This document shows positions 9,201 to 16,394 of a DNA stretch of 45,485 nt, piece by piece (within the stretch, counting starts at the first letter, position 1; every line of letters starts with the position of its first letter). The position numbers were made by a program, and so were the translations under genes. The stretch covers positions 26,357-71,841 of the forward strand of contig CAYXBZ010000001.1 of assembly GCA_964463605.1 (NCBI GenBank), read 5' to 3'. The notes under the pieces are model-generated. The model saw nothing but the letters and a program-made list of their open reading frames with translations. It had not been told where the DNA came from and ran no database searches. The DNA is from an uncultured Pseudomonadales bacterium. Its GTDB lineage: Bacteria; Patescibacteriota; Microgenomatia; UBA1400; PJMF01.

Positions 9201-10167
9201 CCTGTCGCCACAAGAGCTTGATCGGATGGGAATCTCTCAGTACGTAAATATAAAGAAGGAAGCTAGAATCATCAATGAAGACTCCGGGTGCGCTGGAACG
9301 AGGAGATGCGAAAATCCAAACTTTCCCGTATTGGTTCAATACACCATCACCATTGAGCCAAAAAACAACTATATCCTTGAAATTATTTTTATAGAGGATG
9401 ATGCCAAAACTCTTTACAACAAAGATGCCTACTCTTCTCTAGCCGATGTTCCTTCAACCCCCCCACATAATGAGATTTATTTAAGTAGCGATGATGACCC
9501 AATCATTCTTAACCCCGTTGATGACGATCCCAGCAACGATCGACACACAATCGTATACGAGAAAGAGTATGGATCAGACTACAACCACGCCCTTATTAGA
9601 AATGCTGCAACTACAAAATTTATCTATTCAAAAGATGGCTCGCAAGGAACAGATGAGGCCAGAAGCTCTACCTCTGTAGCTTTGGGAGAAGCTCCCCAAG
9701 AGCTACTTTGTTGGCCCAACGATGGATACATCACCTCAGTTCCATTCAGAGGAATTAAATCTCACATCACAACAGATGCTTACGACATTGCTACAGGCAG
9801 AAAAGTAGTTCCAGCCTATGCTCCAGCCGATGGGAGACTGTGTGGCGGCGGATTTGGCAACAATCCGAGCGTTGGTTATGGATATCACGTAACTCTTAGC
9901 ACCTCAATTTTAGGCGAGGATTATCTTTTTGTTTTAGGACACTTAGACGAGCCATCTTTTTTAGTCCCAATAAACGGAGATTGTGTTGAAGTTAATCGGG
10001 GAGATCGTATCGGCAACGTTGGAAACACAGGTAACTCCGACGGCCATCATATGCATCTGGAAAAAAGAAGGGAGTCTGGAAGCCTTTCATTAACCGAACT
10101 ACTAACAGGTGACACCGCGATACTAAATTACGGTCAAACAATCTATTCGTGCGCTTCTGAACAATAA
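6277..10167 (+). CDS. Giant membrane protein with C-terminal M23 (LytM-type) peptidoglycan endopeptidase domain; T4SS-associated cell-wall hydrolase candidate
   Basis: 1296-aa ORF. The first ~800 aa have no hydrophobic segment and include a Pro/Gln-rich stretch. A Gly/Ala-rich hydrophobic block follows (AAAAMAVLAALVKLAHTAITAGGALGGALVGGGVGFVIGGPIGGLIGTALGGLAGLFGG; later AGYAVAGMGAMAATTLLVMTAF). The C-terminus carries M23 motifs: HxxxD (H1163 ITTD, nt 9763) and HxH (GNTGNSDGHHMHLE, nt 10045-10056). Confidence 0.75.
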   Translation: MANLGSSPRTLKVLDRSTLIRDNPLSSIQALLEQIASHNFDNKQQRFPGQHIWSPSNQNQFVVALSEDIILDHYEAGAPVFNEVLFVSDFFSILNDIDDYLQDELKRAVRAIDANVEDANLKNAAKDELGVVLTNLEKLTSGNRARVNRWQNGIIDSAREIRLFKSIEKQQFQPIVSLAQSLAGVVQEFGGWLSKYSNVIDYESQLEGSQEDDQTKPPLTQTSTSPATAPELERVDPDQGELEQEQTQPKPDPTPPPNPSEFNSALANFSQSFSQVVLNNLLAAYTLDEDSNALAGFADLSPELQNELRRQLAPQIENIILSLSQSELEALLHGGPDSSAVRLKVFRKAHSFAIGYPPLRLLLQQAINESHASLSQNQPDKKDKLAEKVKETSHEEAQKNLGVIASDDAPGFDQGQTNNLKALLSFSSLSPEQVRQEFRLQLEQLVGSQADSTALGLAQTNFESTITSLIISDPILTPKFIDYLDYPKIRAFLGDIISSQTYQEHKNEIHALLKQYWMVLRAELNQTHPALGNLTELSPHQVRLNDEEVNDRMHRASLIRTEVVGRFDQNKADVIKAAVGEGVGSPENAEGADHTKRLKEHFLKTTDVAQRRRYLETVGLGEMVGGLDKKTDGSDTVRQEYELSINEFNRILQETQQEFDYFLFVEQELRFQQQQAVQTYIIAQAAQQAARQQFAAIALQAQYLEILGGSHFLVPREEYAYQLPGRDSLTQIPYYPQSTSDMIAMSQGLGDGGGGDNPRGAIDQQKMAMLEGLAEMGVDAALNYATGGGYQAIPKPLRDMLNKIVVKESLKKIRTILKALKIAAAAAMAVLAALVKLAHTAITAGGALGGALVGGGVGFVIGGPIGGLIGTALGGLAGLFGGKGAANRVLSTTAADSARAGARNVSAAAEGLGDAAKQQASLTGTGAEAAALESTVGANVAAQVAGYAVAGMGAMAATTLLVMTAFQSAFLIDPPLSPQELDRMGISQYVNIKKEARIINEDSGCAGTRRCENPNFPVLVQYTITIEPKNNYILEIIFIEDDAKTLYNKDAYSSLADVPSTPPHNEIYLSSDDDPIILNPVDDDPSNDRHTIVYEKEYGSDYNHALIRNAATTKFIYSKDGSQGTDEARSSTSVALGEAPQELLCWPNDGYITSVPFRGIKSHITTDAYDIATGRKVVPAYAPADGRLCGGGFGNNPSVGYGYHVTLSTSILGEDYLFVLGHLDEPSFLVPINGDCVEVNRGDRIGNVGNTGNSDGHHMHLEKRRESGSLSLTELLTGDTAILNYGQTIYSCASEQ

Positions 10168-10204
10168 ATAGCTGAAGTGTAACAATTATTGAAACATTCA
10201 ACCA

Positions 10205-11221
10205 ATGATAAAAAAATACCCCTGGATTAAATATTTTCTCATCTTCGTGTTTGCAGCGATTTTGATAGCGGCAGTGATTCGAGTAATAACTCCTCAAACC
10301 GAGGAGCCGCTTATTCCTCCAAGCGAGGTTCAAAAAAAGAATTTCGATCAAAGTGTCAGCACTTACAACAACGTTGAGTTTGTTGGCTCAACCTCAAACA
10401 TTGATTTGACCAACAGTGTTGGAATTTATTCAGCGCAATTAGTGGATGGAGAAGAAGAGCTTGACAACCTCATCTCCACTCTTGTTTCGTTATTCAATCT
10501 CGTCCAAGATCCAGAACTCACAGATAAGGAATTTTACATTAGTGATGAATATAGCTTGTCAAGAAGTTATTTAAGAGATGAATTGATGCTATCTAGATAC
10601 ACTCCGCCAGAAGTTATGTTGGAGCAGATCGCCAACCCACCACCAACAGGCATAAATACTCAGCAAGCAATTAGTCGAGCCACTCTTTTTGTAAACAGTA
10701 TTTTTGAAGAACAACAGTACGTCCCCCAACTCAGCAGCATTGCCTATCTGGAAGGAATGATGGAGCCCCATCCTTCATCAGAACAAAATGCTCACTACGC
10801 TGAGATTTCTTTTGCTCAACAAATCGATTCACTGCCAATTATTTTGGAGCAGGAATTGGTAGCCCCAATTAGAGTGATGGTTTCAAACAACTACCTCATT
10901 CAAAAGGCGGTGTTTCGCACCAAAGAATTAAATTTACAGCAGATCTCTGACGCCCAATTACTCACTGTTGAAGAAGCAATCGATCGCCTTAACCAAGAGT
11001 CGGTGGGATCAATCGTTGGTTTTGCTAAAGATGATCCAACCCCATATTCACTGGCTCAGATCAGCTCGGGAACCCTGGAGGAGGTGGTGCTTGAGTATCG
11101 ATATGACCCAGAGTTAGATTTAGTTTATCCTTTTTATAGATTCTCAGGCACGCTTACCAACTCTCAAAATCAATCTCTTCAAGCTGATGTTATTGCTCCC
11201 GCAATAAAGGTTCAGTTGTAA
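10205..11221 (+). CDS. Bitopic membrane protein (N-terminal anchor plus ~300-aa external domain), unknown family; positional VirB8/TcpC-like candidate
   Basis: 338-aa ORF with one N-terminal hydrophobic helix (WIKYFLIFVFAAILIAAVIRVI). The rest is hydrophilic. It lies between the M23 protein and the PrgI-like gene. Confidence 0.55.
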   Translation: MIKKYPWIKYFLIFVFAAILIAAVIRVITPQTEEPLIPPSEVQKKNFDQSVSTYNNVEFVGSTSNIDLTNSVGIYSAQLVDGEEELDNLISTLVSLFNLVQDPELTDKEFYISDEYSLSRSYLRDELMLSRYTPPEVMLEQIANPPPTGINTQQAISRATLFVNSIFEEQQYVPQLSSIAYLEGMMEPHPSSEQNAHYAEISFAQQIDSLPIILEQELVAPIRVMVSNNYLIQKAVFRTKELNLQQISDAQLLTVEEAIDRLNQESVGSIVGFAKDDPTPYSLAQISSGTLEEVVLEYRYDPELDLVYPFYRFSGTLTNSQNQSLQADVIAPAIKVQL

Positions 11222-11259
11222 CCCCATAAATGGTAAGATGGACTTAGAGGCACCAACTC

Positions 11260-12318
11260 ATGCAAGAACACCCAATCCCGCAAGATATTACCGGCTACAA
11301 GTTCCATTTGGTGGGCAGCATGACCCTCAAGCAGTTCGCTGAGGTGTTGGTGGGAGTGTTGGTGGCACTGGCTCTTTATAAATCGGGTTTGCCTGGAATT
11401 ATTCGTTGGCCAGCAATGATTTTTTCAGCCGGCTTGGGAGCCATGGCAGCTTTCGTCCCAATTGAGGAAAGACCCCTAGATCACTGGATTGTAACTTTTG
11501 TCAAAGTTTTGTTTAAACCCACTAAGTTTTTTTGGAAAAGAGAACCCGTAATCCCCGACACCTTTACCTATGAGCCCGAAGAACAAAGCAGCCAACCAAG
11601 TTATGAGGTTGACTTGTCTCCAGCTAGAAAAAACAAGATTTATCAATATCTGCAGTCGATCAACCATCCAACCAACAAAATCGATAACTACGACATGGCA
11701 GAGCAACAGCGAGTAAATCAGCTATTGTCTGGATTTGATCAAATAAATGTTGAGAGTTCTCCCACTAAAGATAGGTCAAAACCCAACCTTACCGTTAGAG
11801 TTAGAGAGATGAGAGACTATCAAATCTACCCAGCATCCCAACCAAACAACCAATCTCAAACTGAGCAATTTAAAGATAAGGCCCCTGTAACTTCGGGGGT
11901 GCCTTCTGACTCAACGAGCACATCCTTAAACCAGACTGCTAAAAAACAAGATGTTGAAGATCCTCAGGGTCAAATTAGCCAAAATGACTTGCACAAATAT
12001 AAGGAATCCAATCAACCCACCACCATTGTTAACACCCTGCCACCACCCACCAACTCACTCCCCAACCAGATCTCAGGTATTTTGATGTCAAGTCAGGGAA
12101 ATCTAATCGGAGATGCTGTGGTTGAGGTTCAAGATAAAAACAACAAAACAGTTACCGCAGTCAAAAGCAACTCTTTGGGACAGTTTGTGGTTTCCAGACA
12201 GTTGCCAAACGGAGAATACTCACTGGCTATTTCCGCCAGTGGATTTAAGTTTGAACCAATTAATACAACCCTCACGGGAGAGTTAGTTAATTCTCTGGAA
12301 ATTAAGGCTTCAGCCTAA
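11260..12318 (+). CDS. PrgI/VirB3-like T4SS membrane protein fused to a C-terminal carboxypeptidase-regulatory-like beta-sandwich domain
   Basis: The N-terminus IPQDITGYKFHLVGSMTLKQFAEVLVGVLVALALY plus a second helix (WPAMIFSAGLGAMAAFVPIEERPLDHWI) matches the PrgI-family pattern. A Ser/Thr/Gln/Pro linker follows. The C-terminus ISGILMSSQGNLIGDAVVEVQDKNNKTVTAVKSNSLGQFVVSRQLPNGEYSLAISASGFKF matches the CarboxypepD_reg pattern. A possible extended -10 (TGGTAAGAT) sits at 11231-11239. Confidence 0.65.
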   Translation: MQEHPIPQDITGYKFHLVGSMTLKQFAEVLVGVLVALALYKSGLPGIIRWPAMIFSAGLGAMAAFVPIEERPLDHWIVTFVKVLFKPTKFFWKREPVIPDTFTYEPEEQSSQPSYEVDLSPARKNKIYQYLQSINHPTNKIDNYDMAEQQRVNQLLSGFDQINVESSPTKDRSKPNLTVRVREMRDYQIYPASQPNNQSQTEQFKDKAPVTSGVPSDSTSTSLNQTAKKQDVEDPQGQISQNDLHKYKESNQPTTIVNTLPPPTNSLPNQISGILMSSQGNLIGDAVVEVQDKNNKTVTAVKSNSLGQFVVSRQLPNGEYSLAISASGFKFEPINTTLTGELVNSLEIKASA

Positions 12319-12406
12319 TGAAAAAGGCTTTGTTTAAATAATTTATGAAAAAAACCCACTAACTTGTGGTTTATTATTTACCCTCAACTGATTTATACTA
12401 TTAAAC

Positions 12407-14110
12407 ATGCCGCCCACATCACAATATCAGTCAACCACTCAAAAATATCTAGATATTTACGATATAACCAACAATTTTGTTATATTAAAAACTGGATTTG
12501 TGAGTTTTGTGCTGAGTGTAAGTGCCATGAACTTTGGACTGCTGGCCGAAGCTGAACAAGACGCTGTAATCTATACCTATGCTTCGCTGTTGAACTCACT
12601 AAATTATCCTGTTCAGATCGTAATTCAATCACAAACCAAAGATGTTACTGACTACTTAAACTTACTCAAGCAGCAAGAAACTGAAGCTAGCTCCGATCAA
12701 AAAAGAGAAAGAATTGCTCGTTACAGACAGTTTGTTTCACAGCTTATTAAAGAGAGAAATGTTTTGGATAAAAAGTTCTACGTTGTTGGTTCCGCCACTC
12801 CCAGTGAGTTGGGTCTAATAACAGCAGATAGTGTATTACCCGGAAAAACAGAATTTGATATTACCAAGTTTGAAAAATCGGTAATACTTGAGAAAACCGA
12901 GTCTGTCCTCGATCCAAGAAGAGATCATCTTATTAGTCAATTTGCGCGCATTGGTCTTTTTGCCAGGCAGCTTAATACACAAGAAATTATTCGTATTTTT
13001 TACACCAGCTATAACCCAGAAGCCAGCGAGGGACAAGAGGTCACCGACACCCAGCAGTACACAACCCCTCTTGTGAGAGCCAGTTTGGTCAAACAAACTC
13101 AACCACTTACCACTCAACCACTTACTACCCAACCACAAAACCCCACTCCACCACCAGCTCAGGATTTGACAGAACAACAGGTTCATGAACCTGAGTTAGT
13201 TGAGCAACAACAAACTAGCCCCCAACCCTCCGAAGTAGCTTTTGAAACAAATGAAGAAAGCTTGACGAGCAACAACAATTCTCAAGCACCAAGTCAGCAA
13301 GAGTCACACGAACAACTTCAAGCAACAATTCAACAATCAAGCACCGATTCTATGACAAACCAAGCCAACCACAACTATCCAACTCCAAGCCACGCTCTGA
13401 CCAACAACCAAAGCAATCAAGCGGTAGAGCTGCAAAATAACGTCAGCTCGCCAACCAAAGCTTCTCCTGCATCACAAACATCTCAGTTAAGCAGCACACT
13501 TCCTCAAGACTCAACATCTTTGCAGCCTCAATCGCCATCGGTTCCAGAGCCCCAAGAACAGCCAAGCCCACAAGACTTAGTGAGCACTCCAGTTGAAAAT
13601 AATTTAAACAGTCAGGGTTCTGCGGGGTCTCAAATGCCACAGTCTCCAGCGCCCTCAACCACTCCCAGCGTCAATCCCTCTGCCACCCAGGAAGCCGATA
13701 CCAAACCAATGACAAGCACAGCTACATTTCAAGAAAACTTAGATGATTTTAGTCCTCCACCTGTAAGTAAGGGTCAAGGAGCCTCTTTGGGTAATAAGGT
13801 GAGTTTTAAAAAAAGCGCCTCCAGAAACTCTGATGCCAGTGGGTCAGTTGAGGAGAAACCTTCTGAGGAACTCTCCTCTACAGATAGCTCCGCCAATGAT
13901 CAAATTAACCAAGACTTGATTAAAGAAGTTCCTTCAGAACCCAAGTCCTCAGAACAAAAAACCCCAGAGTCTAAAGCATCAGAACAAAAAAAGCCAGAAA
14001 ATCAATCGTACACAGAGCCAGCCGGTCAAGACAACAAACCATTAGAAAATCAGAGTACAGATTCGAGAAGCGCACCAACCAACCTTCCACCTATCGCTGA
14101 AATCAAATAA
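12407..14110 (+). CDS. T4SS-associated protein: VirB4/TrsE N-terminal-domain-like region (no ATPase) plus ~330-aa Pro/Gln/Ser/Thr-rich disordered tail
   Basis: The first ~230 aa (YLDIYDITNNFVILKTGFVSFVLSVSAMNFGLLAEAEQDAVIYTYASLLNSLNYPVQIVIQSQTKDVTDYL) resemble the N-terminal non-ATPase domain of Gram-positive VirB4-type proteins. No Walker A or B motif is present. The remainder is low complexity with short tandem repeats. Confidence 0.5.
   Translation: MPPTSQYQSTTQKYLDIYDITNNFVILKTGFVSFVLSVSAMNFGLLAEAEQDAVIYTYASLLNSLNYPVQIVIQSQTKDVTDYLNLLKQQETEASSDQKRERIARYRQFVSQLIKERNVLDKKFYVVGSATPSELGLITADSVLPGKTEFDITKFEKSVILEKTESVLDPRRDHLISQFARIGLFARQLNTQEIIRIFYTSYNPEASEGQEVTDTQQYTTPLVRASLVKQTQPLTTQPLTTQPQNPTPPPAQDLTEQQVHEPELVEQQQTSPQPSEVAFETNEESLTSNNNSQAPSQQESHEQLQATIQQSSTDSMTNQANHNYPTPSHALTNNQSNQAVELQNNVSSPTKASPASQTSQLSSTLPQDSTSLQPQSPSVPEPQEQPSPQDLVSTPVENNLNSQGSAGSQMPQSPAPSTTPSVNPSATQEADTKPMTSTATFQENLDDFSPPPVSKGQGASLGNKVSFKKSASRNSDASGSVEEKPSEELSSTDSSANDQINQDLIKEVPSEPKSSEQKTPESKASEQKKPENQSYTEPAGQDNKPLENQSTDSRSAPTNLPPIAEIK
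13097..13141 (+). repeat. Three imperfect 15-bp in-frame tandem repeats (encode TQPLT-TQPLT-TQPQN)
   Basis: actcaaccacttacc / actcaaccacttact / acccaaccacaaaac read directly. A second short repeat (tcagaacaaaaaa, SEQK) occurs near 13951 and 13978. Confidence 0.8.
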
Positions 14111-14180
14111 AATTGATCACAAAAATAACTCAACAAAAAAAATATAAGTTTATATCAGAAATAATATTACAATCAGACCA

Positions 14181-16250
14181 ATGCTTTCATCGCTTAACTT
14201 ACCACTACCCTTCCTTAATAAGAAAAAAGAAGAGGTCGATCCAGACGAACAAAAACAACTTGAACTTCAGCAAATTGAGGAGTTCTCAAGAGGTTTGGTT
14301 ACCATTCAAGACATCATAGCCCCAGAAGCGATTGAGGTTGATTTCACCTACCAAAAAATTAACTCTTCGTACTCAAGAACCCTTTTTGTGGCCGGATATC
14401 CGAGATCTGTTCCAGCCAACTGGCTTTCTCCGCTAGTCAACTTTCCAACCCAAACTAACATTTCCATGTTTATTTTCCCCATGGATAGCTCGGAGATTTT
14501 AGATAACCTCAAAAGAAAAATCACTGAAATGGAGGCCGAGATTCAGTCAGACATTCGTTCTGGGAAAATCAGCAACATCAATACCGAAATAAAACTCAAT
14601 GATGCGAGAGTTATCCGAGAACAGTTGGCTGCGGGAGCTGAGCGGTTTTATCAGTTTGGACTTTACATAACCATCAAAGCAGACTCAGTTAAAGAGCTTG
14701 ATCGCATCACCAAAAGCATTCAATCAACTCTTGGAGCGCTGCTCATCGTCTCAAAAAAAGCCACCCTCCAAATGGATGAGGGCTTTAAAACCACCCTCCC
14801 TATGGGCACTGACCTTCTTCAAGTAACTAGAAACATGGACACCACCTCTTTGGCCACCACCTTTCCGTTTACCTCTTCTGAATTGACCATGGACACCGGC
14901 ATTCTTTACGGCATTAACGAACACAATGAGTCTTTGGTCATCTTTGATAGATTTAGAATGGAAAGTTACAACATGTTAATTTTGGCTAAGTCTGGTGCGG
15001 GTAAGTCATATACCGTTAAGCTTGAAATTTTAAGACAACTCATGTTTGACACGGAGATAATTGTTCTTGATCCAGAACAAGAATATGAAGACTTGTGTCA
15101 AATGGTGGGTGGCGAATACATTAATTTTACTTTTGGATCTAAAGCTAAAATCAATCCTTTTGACTTATCTCAAGTTTATGAAGAAGGGCAAAACGAGTTG
15201 GGTCAAAAGATTCTTTCGCTACATGGCTTACTAAAGGTGATGTTAGGAGAAATGTCTGCAGAGCAAGACGCTTTGCTTGACAGGGCTCTCATCGCAACTT
15301 ACAAAGCAAAGGGGATCACGCCCGATCCAGCCACTCAAAAAAACACCCCTCCAATGATGGAGGATTTGTACAAAACCATCATTGGTATGGAAAGTGCTGA
15401 GGCTGATGATATAGCCGCTCGCCTAGAAAAATACATCACTGGCTCTTTTAGAGGGATTTTTGATCAAGCATCAAACATAAATATCAACAACGAGTTTACG
15501 GTTTTTAGTGTTAAAGAAATGGAAGATGAATTAAGACCCGTCGCCATGTACGTTATTCTTGATTTTATTTGGACTAGAGTAAAAAAAGATTTTAAAAAGA
15601 GGTTGCTAATAATCGATGAGGCTTGGTACTTTATGCAGCACCCAGACAGCGCCAAGTTTATCTATTCTATGACCAAGCGTGCTCGAAAATATTATTTAGG
15701 TATCACCACCATCACTCAAGATGTGGAGGATTTCCTTCATAATGATTTTGGTAAGGCAATTGTTTCAAACGCCTCAATAAAGTTTTTAATGAAACAATCA
15801 ACCGCCTCAATTCCCGCTTTGTCAGAAGCTTTTTATCTTTCCGAAGGAGAACGGCAGCTTTTGGTGTCAGCAGACATTGGAGAGGGGGTGTTTTTTGCCG
15901 GACAAAATCACGTAGCACTAAGAGTTGTGGCAAGCGACGAAGAACATCAGGTTATCACCACCGACCCAAGAGAAATAGATGCTCGAAGAAAACAGCAACA
16001 GGCTTCTGCACGACAAACATCTCAGTCACAAACTCAAAACTCCCATCAAGAAAGTCAGCAGCGCGCGCCTACCTCAAATCAAAACAATCAAGAGACAAAA
16101 GCGTCCTTACCCAATAAGGAGTTTTTGGGACAGTTGATGAGCTCTCTAGCTTCTAAGAAGAGTAATCAAAAAGATTCTTCAGAGCCTCAACAAAATCAGT
16201 CAAAAAGGGCTGGGCACTACACTATCGACGACTACTCAGAGCCCACCTAA
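14181..16250 (+). CDS. virB4: VirB4-family T4SS ATPase
   Basis: 689-aa ORF. Walker A is LILAKSGAGKSYTVK and Walker B is RLLIIDEAWYFM. Typical VirB4 context includes ITTITQDVEDF. The C-terminal tail is Gln/Ser-rich. Confidence 0.85.
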   Translation: MLSSLNLPLPFLNKKKEEVDPDEQKQLELQQIEEFSRGLVTIQDIIAPEAIEVDFTYQKINSSYSRTLFVAGYPRSVPANWLSPLVNFPTQTNISMFIFPMDSSEILDNLKRKITEMEAEIQSDIRSGKISNINTEIKLNDARVIREQLAAGAERFYQFGLYITIKADSVKELDRITKSIQSTLGALLIVSKKATLQMDEGFKTTLPMGTDLLQVTRNMDTTSLATTFPFTSSELTMDTGILYGINEHNESLVIFDRFRMESYNMLILAKSGAGKSYTVKLEILRQLMFDTEIIVLDPEQEYEDLCQMVGGEYINFTFGSKAKINPFDLSQVYEEGQNELGQKILSLHGLLKVMLGEMSAEQDALLDRALIATYKAKGITPDPATQKNTPPMMEDLYKTIIGMESAEADDIAARLEKYITGSFRGIFDQASNININNEFTVFSVKEMEDELRPVAMYVILDFIWTRVKKDFKKRLLIIDEAWYFMQHPDSAKFIYSMTKRARKYYLGITTITQDVEDFLHNDFGKAIVSNASIKFLMKQSTASIPALSEAFYLSEGERQLLVSADIGEGVFFAGQNHVALRVVASDEEHQVITTDPREIDARRKQQQASARQTSQSQTQNSHQESQQRAPTSNQNNQETKASLPNKEFLGQLMSSLASKKSNQKDSSEPQQNQSKRAGHYTIDDYSEPT

Positions 16251-16294
16251 CTTCTTTCTTTAAGACTTTGCTTGAAAAAACTCCCCCTTCCCAA

Positions 16295-16303
16295 TGTGGA
16301 AAA
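16295..16303. promoter_or_regulatory. DnaA-box-like 9-mer TGTGGAAAA upstream of dnaA
   Basis: Exact copy of the 9-mer that forms the palindromic pair at 17987-18006. It lies ~90 nt upstream of the dnaA ATG. Confidence 0.5.
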
Positions 16304-16394
16304 GTATGTATATAAATATAGCTACCGACGTCTCAATTAAGTGGATCGAGACAATCTCCTGCCAGACTTTACTTACATTGCGCTTAATACAATT

